IMG/VR virus record: IMGVR_UViG_3300046512_000174
Location: 1 to 64,000 of that record
From: a virus
Length of the DNA stretch: 64,000 nucleotides
Strand: one strand, 5' to 3'
Numbering within the stretch: the first letter of the stretch is position 1; every line of letters begins with the position of its first letter. The notes below the pieces were generated by a model. That model made no database searches and had not been told where the DNA came from. It saw nothing but the letters and a program-made list of their open reading frames with translations. The translations under genes and the position numbers were made by a program. Below, one piece after another: positions 38,422 to 47,103 of this stretch.

Positions 38422-38580
38422 TCAGTTAAGGTGCCAGCCGTTGCAGTACTTGCAGCGCGGGCAAACGGTTTTTGATACGTGAGTGCGGCGGTAGATCTGT
38501 TCCACAGCAGCGCGCGCCGTCTCGGCCGAAGTGAAACGGCGGCGCGGGTGGCACAGCCGCTTTTCTTTGACTTCGGCCAT
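38422..38580 (-). CDS. Small C2H-type zinc-finger protein (52 aa, absent from ORF track)
   Basis: MAEVKEKRLC...CKYCNGWHLN, AAGGAG SD. Confidence 0.65.
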   Translation of the reverse strand: MAEVKEKRLCHPRRRFTSAETARAAVEQIYRRTHVSKTVCPRCKYCNGWHLN

Positions 38581-38589
38581 GATGGCTCC

Positions 38590-39135
38590 TTACGCGTAGT
38601 CTTCGGCTTGGAAGGATTTCATCGCGGCATCGAAGCCGTCAGGATCCTTGTCGGTGAAGCTGTAATCAGCGACAAGGTCAGACCCTTCGCCAAGAATCAT
38701 CAGGATGCGATGGCTGTTCCCGGCTGCGTTGCTGACCTCGACGCGAACCTCGTCGAGGTCGAAAATCAGTTCCATCGCCGACTTGGCGTCAGAAACCAAG
38801 GTTTCTTCGTCACCATCGTCGATCTCGGTGACCTTCCAGCCGTTGAACTCGAGCCATGCCAGCAGATTGGCCACGATACGGCGCTCCATCTTGGCGCTGG
38901 CGTGCATTTCACTCCCCTTGTAGAGCAGCGCATCGATTTCCAGATCTGGCGGCTCGACCGGCATGAACACGGTCGGCGCCGAGAATTCAAGAGCAGCGCG
39001 CGCATTGTCTGCCAGCGCGGTGTTGCCGGTGGCGTCGTGCAGCGGGATCAGCAGCGCGATCGTGGCGCTCAACTGGTTGCGCTGGGCAATCACAGTGGCA
39101 AGTTCGGCCTTGAGGGTTTTTTCGTTGATGGACAT
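38590..39135 (-). CDS. Hypothetical protein
   Basis: GAGG SD, acidic 181 aa. Confidence 0.65.
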   Translation of the reverse strand: MSINEKTLKAELATVIAQRNQLSATIALLIPLHDATGNTALADNARAALEFSAPTVFMPVEPPDLEIDALLYKGSEMHASAKMERRIVANLLAWLEFNGWKVTEIDDGDEETLVSDAKSAMELIFDLDEVRVEVSNAAGNSHRILMILGEGSDLVADYSFTDKDPDGFDAAMKSFQAEDYA

Positions 39136-39163
39136 AGCTGAATCCTCGGATTGGTTGCAGGCG

Positions 39164-39196
39164 TTGGTACCGGGGAAGCCCCCAATTAAGGGGCTT
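39164..39196 (-). repeat. Hairpin-CCGGTACCA element 1
   Basis: AAGCCCCTTAATTGGGGGCTT-CCCCGGTACCA on minus strand. Confidence 0.75.
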
Positions 39197-39213
39197 ATAT
39201 GTGATCGGGGCGA

Positions 39214-39432
39214 TCAGACCGCTTCGTCTTCGATGATGGCGAGGAAGGCTGCTACAGCCAGATCTTTCTGGGCGAACGTCCCTTGGCTGAAGTCGTTGCG
39301 CAACACCATGAATTCGCCGGTTGATGACAGCTGGCAGATCCGGATGGTGATGGTGCGTGCAAGCAGCGAAACGACCACCTCGGCAATAACGGTTGCGGAA
39401 TCGGTGTTGATTTTGATCTGGTCGTTTTTCAT
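39214..39432 (-). CDS. Hypothetical protein
   Basis: AAGGAG SD, MKNDQIKINTD..., flanked by two hairpin-CCGGTACCA elements. Confidence 0.65.
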   Translation of the reverse strand: MKNDQIKINTDSATVIAEVVVSLLARTITIRICQLSSTGEFMVLRNDFSQGTFAQKDLAVAAFLAIIEDEAV

Positions 39433-39449
39433 GGTGCGGCTCCTTTGGC

Positions 39450-39479
39450 TGGTACCGGCTTGGCCCCAATCAAGGGGCC
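39450..39479 (-). repeat. Hairpin-CCGGTACCA element 2
   Basis: GGCCCCTTGATTGGGGCC-AAG-CCGGTACCA. Confidence 0.75.
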
Positions 39480-39485
39480 GTGACA

Positions 39486-39842
39486 TCAGAAGTTGTAGTC
39501 GTGGAATTTGCAGGGCTTGTCGCTCATGCGGTGCATGCCGTAGGCCGATTTCCAAGTCATGCAGCGGTTCGAGTGCGATGGCTTGACCCGGCGCATGCGG
39601 ATGACCGGAGCGCTTTCATCCTGCTCGTAAATCCATTTTTGGGTGTGCTGGTTGTGGCAGTGGCCAGCAAAACCGCCCGGGGTGATTTCCGGTTTCCAGT
39701 CCGGCGAAAGAGTCGCCTTCATCTTGCGGATCTCAACGGTGGTTTCCGAGATCGCCCGGATCACTTCGTAGGGTTCGATATCGGTGTGCAGGACGAGGTT
39801 GGCGTAGGCTTCGATGCGTGGGATGGCGGCAGGCTTGGTCAT
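39486..39842 (-). CDS. Conserved phage hypothetical protein
   Basis: GGAG SD, TDIEPYEV...PGGFAGH...KFHDYNF. Confidence 0.75.
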   Translation of the reverse strand: MTKPAAIPRIEAYANLVLHTDIEPYEVIRAISETTVEIRKMKATLSPDWKPEITPGGFAGHCHNQHTQKWIYEQDESAPVIRMRRVKPSHSNRCMTWKSAYGMHRMSDKPCKFHDYNF

Positions 39843-39875
39843 GGCTGGAACTCCGTGTTCGTGTTTGATGGAGCA

Positions 39876-39905
39876 ATAATAGCCGCATTACTCAAATTTG
39901 ATCAA
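39876..39905 (-). promoter_or_regulatory. Early promoter with palindromic operator
   Basis: TTGATC-N18-TATTAT, palindrome TTACTCAAATTTGATCAA 39888-39905. Confidence 0.8.
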
Positions 39906-39908
39906 CAA

Positions 39909-40286
39909 CTATTTTTCTTTTTCTTTGTTTAAGGTCTGCGCATCTCTCGCCTTCTCAAGGGCGGACGCACGTAACGCCTTCGCATGCGGTTGCTTCCGCT
40001 CATCATGGGTCAAGAGTGAGTAGCCATTCTCATCGCACTCGGCGCGGAACAGGCGGGATAACTCAGCAGCGTGCTGCGCCCGGGCGACCATGTCGACGAT
40101 GCTCAGGGTCTTGTCATGGGGCAGCGATGCTTGCAAGCGAGCCAGTTCGGTCTCGGCAGCGTCCGAGGTCAACAGGTAGTCTGGATTCCCGGCGTACCAT
40201 GCGCGGTAGTTCCAGATCAGCTCGCGGCCGTCCGGATCGTTCTTCGAAGAAATGGCAAAACGTTGTGGCTTGGCGTGGGTGATCAT
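39909..40286 (-). CDS. Hypothetical protein
   Basis: GAGG SD, ATGA overlap. Confidence 0.6.
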   Translation of the reverse strand: MITHAKPQRFAISSKNDPDGRELIWNYRAWYAGNPDYLLTSDAAETELARLQASLPHDKTLSIVDMVARAQHAAELSRLFRAECDENGYSLLTHDERKQPHAKALRASALEKARDAQTLNKEKEK

Positions 40287-40537
40287 CGTGTTACCTCTTT
40301 GGTGGCTCCGGAAGGTTGCAGCGTCGCCTGATAGGCCAGCGCCATTTCAAGATTGGCGGCCTTCTGCTCAGGGGTGTCAGTATCGGTCTTCAGTTCACGC
40401 AGACGCTCGCTCGCCATGAATCCGCGCTTGGTCAGCGTGTAACCGGATCCACCGCAGCCCCGGCACTTGATATCGGCATGACGACCAAAACCCCGGCATT
40501 GTCTGCAAGGGTTGTGTTCGAAGGCAGGCTTGCCCAT
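40283..40537 (-). CDS. Small DnaJ-type zinc-finger protein
   Basis: CRQCRGFG...CRGCGGSG. Confidence 0.65.
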   Translation of the reverse strand: MGKPAFEHNPCRQCRGFGRHADIKCRGCGGSGYTLTKRGFMASERLRELKTDTDTPEQKAANLEMALAYQATLQPSGATKEVTR

Positions 40538-40959
40538 CAGTAGTTGTACGACACGCGGGCTTTCACGGAGAACTCACCGCGCCCGGTTGGCCGCGCATCG
40601 GCGTACACGCTGGCACAGCCGCAGCAGTCGTATTCGTGGTGGCAGCCGTAGCTGCTGTAGTGGTCCTCGATCGCTCGGCGCAACCAATGGGCGAAGGTCG
40701 TCGGGATCGATGCCTGATTGCGATTACCGTTCGCGCGGTTGCGGCGGTATGACTTCCGGGCTTCCAGCATCTGGGTAGCGGTCAGCGACACCACGAAAGC
40801 ACGGGTCAGGCCTTCGGATGGGTCCTCGCCGTCTGGCGTGCTGACAGTGTAGGGGCCGGTTGCGCGGGCGCTGCATACTGGCGCCCACTGGTCGAGGTGC
40901 TGGCAAGAGCCAACATAGCTGCGAGTGATGCGGGTTTCGATACGGATTGGCGTTTTCAT
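40537..40959 (-). CDS. Hypothetical protein
   Basis: GGAG SD, GCHHEYDCCGC motif. Confidence 0.65.
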   Translation of the reverse strand: MKTPIRIETRITRSYVGSCQHLDQWAPVCSARATGPYTVSTPDGEDPSEGLTRAFVVSLTATQMLEARKSYRRNRANGNRNQASIPTTFAHWLRRAIEDHYSSYGCHHEYDCCGCASVYADARPTGRGEFSVKARVSYNY

Positions 40960-40990
40960 GGGACTGCTCCATTTCGTGTTCAATGGAGCA

Positions 40991-41020
40991 ATCCTATATC
41001 AATTACTCAAATATGATCAA
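40991..41020 (-). promoter_or_regulatory. Early promoter with palindromic operator
   Basis: TTGATC-N18-TAGGAT, palindrome TTACTCAAATATGATCAA 41003-41020. Confidence 0.75.
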
Positions 41021-41026
41021 GGGCAT

Positions 41027-41794
41027 TTAAAGCTTTTTGCTTTTTTCATTTCGTAATTCTGCGAGTTCGGCACGCAACCGGGCAATCTCCAGCTGCTGCG
41101 AGTCATCGCCGTTGATCACTTCGCCATGCAGGTCGATGGCGCTGCGCAGCGAGATCTTGGCGAAACGACCGGACTTCATGTTCACAAACATCAGCTCAGG
41201 GTCTGTGACCGCTTTCTCGATAGCGACAGATTTTTCCACCATCGACACCATGTCGCTCATCACCATCAGCAGCTGCGGGCCGGTCAGCGGCATATCCGGG
41301 TTGGTGATGCCGCACTCGATCGCGGCTTTCCCGATCGCGGCGGCGAGGATGTTTCGCTCATCAAGGATGTGGTGCAGATGGTCGAGCACGACGTCGTCGG
41401 CATAGGCATGGCGGGCTGGCAGCCACTGACCATTAATGCCTCCGGTCACGGTAAGAGGGTCAGCGTAGAACTCCCAGCAATTAGTATCCGGACGCTTTTT
41501 CCCGCGCCGGAACAAGACGCCGGGGAACAGCTCGACTGTCGCGATCGGCTCGAAGGCAATGCAATCGATGCTCGGGCCGAGCTGCTTGATCATCACCGCT
41601 TTGCACTCATCGCACAGCGCCATTGAGCCCAACTGGCCATCGCCGATCAGTGGAGTCACCTCCTTGGCGATGACGGTTGGAGTTCGAGAGCATTGCTGCA
41701 TACGTGGGCGACCGCCGAGCGAGAACGCGGATTGCCCGTTTGGCAGCATCGCCTGACAGCGATCGAGGGTTGGGGGAAGCAGTGGTTCAGTCAT
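41027..41794 (-). CDS. Hypothetical protein
   Basis: AGGAG SD before MTEPLLPP. Confidence 0.65.
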   Translation of the reverse strand: MTEPLLPPTLDRCQAMLPNGQSAFSLGGRPRMQQCSRTPTVIAKEVTPLIGDGQLGSMALCDECKAVMIKQLGPSIDCIAFEPIATVELFPGVLFRRGKKRPDTNCWEFYADPLTVTGGINGQWLPARHAYADDVVLDHLHHILDERNILAAAIGKAAIECGITNPDMPLTGPQLLMVMSDMVSMVEKSVAIEKAVTDPELMFVNMKSGRFAKISLRSAIDLHGEVINGDDSQQLEIARLRAELAELRNEKSKKL

Positions 41795-42146
41795 TGATCT
41801 TCTCCTGTTGAATTCTGACTTTGTTGGCCTGCTCGAGCAGCTTTGCCAGCGCCGCGTGAAACTGCATCTCGGAACCAATGCAGCTGAATTTTGTGACCTG
41901 ATCCCTGAGCGCCACCAGCGCCGCGCAAGGATTGCTCAGGTTGAAACCGCCGCGCCCATCCCAAAGGACGTCCAGCCATTTTCCACCCGTATAGGTTTTC
42001 GCTTCGAGGAACCAGTCAGGACCGAAGCGGTAGCTGAATTCATATATGGTGTGTTCGAGGTCTAGCTCGACCTTGTCGATTTGGAACCAGTCCAAAACGT
42101 ATCGATGGCGCTCAACGATCGCTGTTTTCGGTTTCTTGGCGCTCAT
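41787..42146 (-). CDS. Hypothetical protein
   Basis: MSAKKPK..., packed in array. Confidence 0.6.
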   Translation of the reverse strand: MSAKKPKTAIVERHRYVLDWFQIDKVELDLEHTIYEFSYRFGPDWFLEAKTYTGGKWLDVLWDGRGGFNLSNPCAALVALRDQVTKFSCIGSEMQFHAALAKLLEQANKVRIQQEKIND

Positions 42147-42148
42147 GC

Positions 42149-42352
42149 TCACAGCCCGTGATTGGTCGATCTGAAATGGTGGGTGCAATAGACGCTCGCC
42201 ACGCCACCGTCGTAGGTGTAGACCTGCCGCCATGGCAAGCCAACCTGCTCGCACTTCATCGCCTCGGCAATGATCGCGTCGTTGGTCATGTGCGTCGGGC
42301 CGGCGCAGCCACTCATGGCGAGCAGGGTCAGCAGTACGATCAGGATTTTCAT
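42149..42352 (-). CDS. Small lipoprotein
   Basis: MKILIVLLTLLAMSGC lipobox. Confidence 0.7.
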   Translation of the reverse strand: MKILIVLLTLLAMSGCAGPTHMTNDAIIAEAMKCEQVGLPWRQVYTYDGGVASVYCTHHFRSTNHGL

Positions 42353-42363
42353 TATGACGCTAC

Positions 42364-42822
42364 TTACTGGGTGGGTTGCGTGCGTTGCGATTCCAGCGCG
42401 GCTTGGCATTCCCGGTGGCGGACTTCGTCAATCTCGAACGCCGGGCGCAGGTCGGTGGGCAGACGCTCTCCGGCATTCACCAGCCGGTTGATCTCAGCAA
42501 CAAGCGACTTGGTGTCGAGCAGACGTTCGAACTTCCTGCCGATGATCGGCACGGATCCATGCTCTGGGAGATCTGCGCCATGTTCAAACAGCGTCCAGCC
42601 GACTGCGTTCCGGCCAATGGCGTGAAAGAATCGGCCGCCCAGCACCGTCGAGCGCTCGCGGCTGCCGTGAATGGTGAACAGCATCTTGCCGGACGTGATC
42701 TGCTTGTATGGCTTGCCCGGGTTTCCGCACTGTCGGCAGTCGTGGCCTTTCGGTTGAACCAGCGCGCAGCGGGTGCAGGTGGTGAAGTCCCAGCGGAACT
42801 TCCCGTCGGTTTCAGTTCCCAT
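42364..42822 (-). CDS. Hypothetical zinc-ribbon protein
   Basis: CTRC...CRQC. Confidence 0.6.
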   Translation of the reverse strand: MGTETDGKFRWDFTTCTRCALVQPKGHDCRQCGNPGKPYKQITSGKMLFTIHGSRERSTVLGGRFFHAIGRNAVGWTLFEHGADLPEHGSVPIIGRKFERLLDTKSLVAEINRLVNAGERLPTDLRPAFEIDEVRHRECQAALESQRTQPTQ

Positions 42823-43318
42823 CTTTATTGGCTTCCTGCTGCGAGGCCACGAACTCAGCTAGCAACTGCTGACGCTCGGCTTCGGCCTTCTTGCTGTCGA
42901 TGCCGAAGAACTCGGCGATGAATTCCAGCTTGCCGCGTGGGCGGGTGGCCACATACAGGCTGTCGGTGCCTTCGTGGTATTCAGCCAGAACGATGCCCTG
43001 CTCCTGCAACCACTCCAGAAACTCGCCGATCGCCTGACTGCCAGCGGCCTTGGCTTCGACTTCCTTGGCCAGCTCAGGGAAGCGCGGTTCGCAGGTGCTG
43101 TAGTGGGTTACGAGGACCTTCTCGCCGGAATTCCCAACAATGCGGTGACGGTCCCAGTTGAGGCTGGCCGCGTTGTTCTCGGCTTTCTGACCATCAGACC
43201 ATTCAGCGCGAACGTGCTCATCGCCAGCCACTGGGCAAATGCCATGGGGAACGGTGTTTTCATGGCGAGTCCAGATCATCTGCTCACCGCTCAGGGCGTA
43301 AAAGCGTTTCGATTTCAT
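42812..43318 (-). CDS. Hypothetical protein
   Basis: SQAIGEFLEWL...ERQQLL module, AGGA SD. Confidence 0.65.
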   Translation of the reverse strand: MKSKRFYALSGEQMIWTRHENTVPHGICPVAGDEHVRAEWSDGQKAENNAASLNWDRHRIVGNSGEKVLVTHYSTCEPRFPELAKEVEAKAAGSQAIGEFLEWLQEQGIVLAEYHEGTDSLYVATRPRGKLEFIAEFFGIDSKKAEAERQQLLAEFVASQQEANKDGN

Positions 43319-43578
43319 TGCTGGTGTTCCTGTTCAAGTTGATCACGGATGATGCGGGCCGAGCGGGCGAGGTAGTAGGACGCTGCCTTCTGCCAGCCAA
43401 TCCAACTATCGTCGGTGCCACGGTCGAAGTAGTGCGAGAACTGGCCGTTTACCTTAACGGCGCCGAGCGGCCAGCCCTCTGATTTTGCATAGGCCTCGAA
43501 GTCGGTGCGCGAGCTGCACATCAGCTCAATGATTTGCGGTGGCTTGTGCGACGGGATCAGGCGTGGAGTGGTGGCCAT
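43315..43578 (-). CDS. Hypothetical protein
   Basis: RTDFEAY...Y...W.GWQKAA. Confidence 0.6.
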   Translation of the reverse strand: MATTPRLIPSHKPPQIIELMCSSRTDFEAYAKSEGWPLGAVKVNGQFSHYFDRGTDDSWIGWQKAASYYLARSARIIRDQLEQEHQQ

Positions 43579-44642
43579 CAGTTCGCTTCCCATCCGGATG
43601 CAGCGGCGATATCGGCGGGGATCTGGACTACGGCGCCGAGCTTCGACATAACGACCGCCCGGCACACGGCGAGGAGTACGGTTTCGCAGCCATCCTGATC
43701 GGCAGTTGGCGCGCCATCATCACCGTAGATCTCAGCATCCCAGCCGACAGGCTCAACGTCTTTAACCGGCGCCGACAGCCAGACATGGTATTTTTCGATC
43801 AGCGGGCCGCCAATTTCCCAGCCGAGCGGATCCCAGCAGCCGTGGTCGTCGGTCCACATGTTCTGGATGCCGGCGCCGTCCTCGAGCCAGCACCAGCGCA
43901 ACTGCTCGAGCAAACCCTCGGCACTGGCCACCGCGTAACGCAGCGCCGGGCCGGTCAGTTTGGATGTGCGCATCGAGACCATTTCGGTGGGTGCAGGTTG
44001 TTGCACTTTGTCTGTCACGGCGTCCGGCATACCGAGGCGCAGCACGTTGCCCGCCACGTCGAGGATCATGGCGAACGGCTTCTTGCTGCGGGCGATATCC
44101 ATCACGCGCTGATCGCGGGTGCGGTTCGCCATGCGGGTTTCGTATTCCGGTCGGCTTTCACCTTCGCGACGCGGCTCTGGTGCGGGCACAACAGCGGCGG
44201 CGACAAACCTGCTGAAGCGAGTTCGGCTCGCAGTAGGCGTAGCAACAATGACCACATCGACTTCTGGCAGCTTGCTTTCGAGCAAGACATTGCAGGTAGT
44301 CAGCACCAGCAGGGAGCCTTGTTGTAGTCGCTCGATATTCACGTCGCGCTCTGCCCTGTTTTGGCTGGCCAGCACCGACGCGGCTGGAACTCCGGCGTTG
44401 ATGAATGCAGCTGTAACCATCTCGCAATGCTGGACCGTCGCGCAGAACACAATGGCGCGCTTGCCGCTTGCGTGCTGCAGGTACGGATTGACGATGGTGT
44501 GGCCGATGCCGGTGGACATGCCGAGCGGAACAGCATCAAAGCTCGGCGGAGTCGCAAAGTACTTCACCGGGGTCAGATAACCCTGTTCGATCAGGGAAGC
44601 CAAGGTGACGGACTCGAGAGGTTCAACGGTGGCCTTTTTCAT
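43578..44642 (-). CDS. Degenerate SF2 helicase C-terminal domain fused to NinX-like domain
   Basis: AAGGAG SD, AIVFCATVQH...VLTTCNVLLE, then LTGPALRYAVA...W..GGPLIEKY...LLAVCRAVV. Confidence 0.65.
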   Translation of the reverse strand: MKKATVEPLESVTLASLIEQGYLTPVKYFATPPSFDAVPLGMSTGIGHTIVNPYLQHASGKRAIVFCATVQHCEMVTAAFINAGVPAASVLASQNRAERDVNIERLQQGSLLVLTTCNVLLESKLPEVDVVIVATPTASRTRFSRFVAAAVVPAPEPRREGESRPEYETRMANRTRDQRVMDIARSKKPFAMILDVAGNVLRLGMPDAVTDKVQQPAPTEMVSMRTSKLTGPALRYAVASAEGLLEQLRWCWLEDGAGIQNMWTDDHGCWDPLGWEIGGPLIEKYHVWLSAPVKDVEPVGWDAEIYGDDGAPTADQDGCETVLLAVCRAVVMSKLGAVVQIPADIAAASGWEAN

Positions 44643-44848
44643 TTCGATGCTCCTTGAGTTTGGACTGGTGCGCCGCCCTCGACGCGGATGGTGTTGCGAA
44701 CCACGGTCAGGATGCTGCGATCGCTGAAGTAGTAGCGATCCTTGTCGGCGCGGTGGTCGCGGGTCATGTGCGAGCATTGGGCCTGCGCGGCGCGGCGGAC
44801 TTGGCCGGCGGTGTGGTGCTCGCGGTTGATTTTGTTCGCCATGCTCAT
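44639..44848 (-). CDS. Hypothetical protein
   Basis: Coupled overlaps. Confidence 0.55.
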   Translation of the reverse strand: MSMANKINREHHTAGQVRRAAQAQCSHMTRDHRADKDRYYFSDRSILTVVRNTIRVEGGAPVQTQGASK

Positions 44849-45450
44849 TTCGAGGAGTCCGGGCGGTTAATGCCGTCGGTCAGCAACGCGGTGTTGATCG
44901 GGCCGCCGATGTTCAGCGGAACGCCGAAGTACTTTGCCAGCAGAGCCGAACTCATGGCCGATGCACCTTCCCCCGCACCCCCTTCCCGCGAAAGCAGTGG
45001 TAGCGAATCGGTCGACCACTGGATCTCCGGGCGCTTGCTGCGACCGATGCTCTGCACATGAAGGGTTGGGGACTGGACCGGTCGAATGTCGCGATGGCAG
45101 AAATGGCGACCGCAGACGCTCATGCCCAGCACCGAACCATCTGGCCGGCGGTAAACGGTCGCGCCGATCGAGGGCTGGTAGGAGGCGATCAGCATGCCGG
45201 CCTTCGTGCAACCGATGATCAGGCGGTCCAGTTCGATCTGGGTGATCTCGCAGATATAGCCAGCAAACAGCGCGGTCTTGCGCTTGATCAGGCTCCACGC
45301 CTCGGCCGGGAACATCAGGCCATCGCCGCCGTCAACGTAGTCCTGTGCGATGGACGCTGCTGGCGTGTTGGCGATGGCCAGCGCGCTGCTGATGTCCTGC
45401 AGCTCGTTGATCAGGTCGCTGACTGGTGCGGTGATATCGACTGGCTTCAT
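44845..45450 (-). CDS. Hypothetical protein
   Basis: GGGAG SD, 201 aa. Confidence 0.65.
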   Translation of the reverse strand: MKPVDITAPVSDLINELQDISSALAIANTPAASIAQDYVDGGDGLMFPAEAWSLIKRKTALFAGYICEITQIELDRLIIGCTKAGMLIASYQPSIGATVYRRPDGSVLGMSVCGRHFCHRDIRPVQSPTLHVQSIGRSKRPEIQWSTDSLPLLSREGGAGEGASAMSSALLAKYFGVPLNIGGPINTALLTDGINRPDSSK

Positions 45451-45466
45451 GGTGATGCTCCCGTGT

Positions 45467-45497
45467 TGGTACCGGCGAACCCCCAGTTAAGGGGGTT
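45467..45497 (-). repeat. Hairpin-CCGGTACCA element 3
   Basis: AACCCCCTTAACTGGGGGTT-CG-CCGGTACCA. Confidence 0.75.
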
Positions 45498-45513
45498 GAG
45501 GTGGGTGCGTTGG

Positions 45514-45696
45514 TTAGATGCGCGAGACTTCGACTGAGTGAACCATTTCTGACTTTTCACCAACACTTCCAGCAATTTCAGGATCTTTGAAAAAGGCGGT
45601 GAACGCACGCTCTACCGAAAGAGCAAAACCACCGGTATTCGTGGGAAAAGTAAAAATTGCCTTTCCTTTTGCATCCTTGAAAATTACTTGCTTCAT
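45514..45696 (-). CDS. Small AT-rich hypothetical protein
   Basis: GGAG SD, between early promoter and hairpin element, visibly lower GC. Confidence 0.65.
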   Translation of the reverse strand: MKQVIFKDAKGKAIFTFPTNTGGFALSVERAFTAFFKDPEIAGSVGEKSEMVHSVEVSRI

Positions 45697-45728
45697 GGCT
45701 CTGCTCCGTTGTGCGTTTCAATGGAGTG

Positions 45729-45758
45729 ATTGTAGGCGCATTACTCAAATATGAGCAA
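45729..45758 (-). promoter_or_regulatory. Early promoter with palindromic operator
   Basis: TTGCTC-N18-TACAAT, palindrome TTACTCAAATATGAGCAA 45741-45758. Confidence 0.8.
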
Positions 45759-45788
45759 GCGCCTTTTGCAGATTTATTGATGAACGGT

Positions 45789-46067
45789 TTATGAAGCGTA
45801 CACACCGCCGAACAAATGAAGCACCAGCGCCCCGTCGCCGAGCTGAAACGTTCCAAGGAACGGCCAGACCACAGCCATTGGCAGAAGCGGGTTGCCGGTG
45901 CTGCATACTTCAAAACGCTGCGCCTTGAGCGGGCGGCTGTCGTCGACGCGGAACCACATCTGCGCGGTTCCGTGCTGGACTTGGACTGACAGGAAGGTAG
46001 CGCCTTCTGGCAGGTCGAGAGTGAACGTCTGTTCAAGCGGGACGGCGTGTTTGTGGATGGTGATCAT
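45789..46067 (-). CDS. Conserved phage hypothetical protein
   Basis: TIHK..L...LPEGA..LSVQ.Q...W...TG...FLGT.Q...LVLHLF. Confidence 0.7.
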   Translation of the reverse strand: MITIHKHAVPLEQTFTLDLPEGATFLSVQVQHGTAQMWFRVDDSRPLKAQRFEVCSTGNPLLPMAVVWPFLGTFQLGDGALVLHLFGGVYAS

Positions 46068-46444
46068 GCTGGGGCTCCGGAGGTTGTGGGTTGTTGTGCC
46101 CGCAGCCAGCGCGCGTACCGGCTTTCAGGCTGTCCCGGCGGCAGGGTGCGTTCGATCATCTGCACCAGCGCCAGACGCAGCGGGAACGTGCCCTGCATCA
46201 GAACGGTGGTGCGAAGTTCATGCCGGGCGCCGTTGGTTGCCTTGGCAGTGATGGCGGCGATGGCATGGAACATCTGCTCGGTCGGCTCGATTCCGTAGGA
46301 ACGCAGTTCCGCGTCGACCAGCCAGCGCGCCGGGCCTCGATTCAGCTTTTCAAAGGCTGCCTCGATCGCCGGGCAGGTCTCCGGCACCATGTCGAACGAC
46401 AGGGCTTCAGCCGGAGTGACCTTTGTGTCTTCTCGGAATGCCAT
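46064..46444 (-). CDS. Hypothetical protein
   Basis: AAGGA SD, VPETCPAIE. Confidence 0.6.
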   Translation of the reverse strand: MAFREDTKVTPAEALSFDMVPETCPAIEAAFEKLNRGPARWLVDAELRSYGIEPTEQMFHAIAAITAKATNGARHELRTTVLMQGTFPLRLALVQMIERTLPPGQPESRYARWLRAQQPTTSGAPA

Positions 46445-46446
46445 GG

Positions 46447-46737
46447 CTATTCCTTTGGCTTGCTGATCGTGGCGAGGTTATAGCTGCGCAGCAGGTCTTT
46501 CTTGATGGCAGCGACTGTTCCGGCGCTGAGGCCATCGCGGATTACGACCGGGTTGATGATTTCGCGGCCGCCCAATGCGGTCAGCTGGATCAAGACGCCG
46601 GACCCGGTCAGGGTGTCGCCAGCCTTTTCGATTTCACGGCTGGCAGCAGCGTAACTGCCGGCGAGCTGGGCTTTCAGTTCGAGGTTCTGACGCGCCAAAT
46701 CCTGATAGGTCGGCTTTTTCGGTTTGGTGCTAGACAT
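46447..46737 (-). CDS. Hypothetical protein
   Basis: AAGGAG SD, IRDGLS..T motif. Confidence 0.7.
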   Translation of the reverse strand: MSSTKPKKPTYQDLARQNLELKAQLAGSYAAASREIEKAGDTLTGSGVLIQLTALGGREIINPVVIRDGLSAGTVAAIKKDLLRSYNLATISKPKE

Positions 46738-46752
46738 GGCGGATCTCCTTGG

Positions 46753-46783
46753 TGGTACCGGAAAAGCCCCGGGAAGGGGCTTT
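46753..46783 (-). repeat. Hairpin-CCGGTACCA element 4
   Basis: AAAGCCCCTTCCCGGGGCTTTT-CCGGTACCA. Confidence 0.75.
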
Positions 46784-46800
46784 GGTGTTGAAGTGGGCTG

Positions 46801-47064
46801 CTATAGAAAGAAGCCTTCGACGACCTGCAGGGGAACGCCTGTCTTTTCGGTCCACTCGGCGGCGTAGGCTTCGGCCGCTGCCTTGGCCTTGGCCTTCTGT
46901 TCTTCATTGCCGTCAGTGAACTGGAACACTTTGCAGCCGTCCCAGCCGGCTTCCTTCAATTTCAATTGTTGCTGGGTGCGGCGAAGGCGGCCGGCGTCGA
47001 TGGTGTTCTGTTCTTCAGGAAGTCGGTAGCGGACGCGGGCGGCATAGTGGGAAAGGGTTGGCAT
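46801..47064 (-). CDS. Hypothetical protein
   Basis: AAGGAG SD. Confidence 0.7.
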   Translation of the reverse strand: MPTLSHYAARVRYRLPEEQNTIDAGRLRRTQQQLKLKEAGWDGCKVFQFTDGNEEQKAKAKAAAEAYAAEWTEKTGVPLQVVEGFFL

Positions 47065-47103
47065 GGGTGTGGCTCCTTGATGGATGGGGTTTGCTTGGCA
47101 GCT

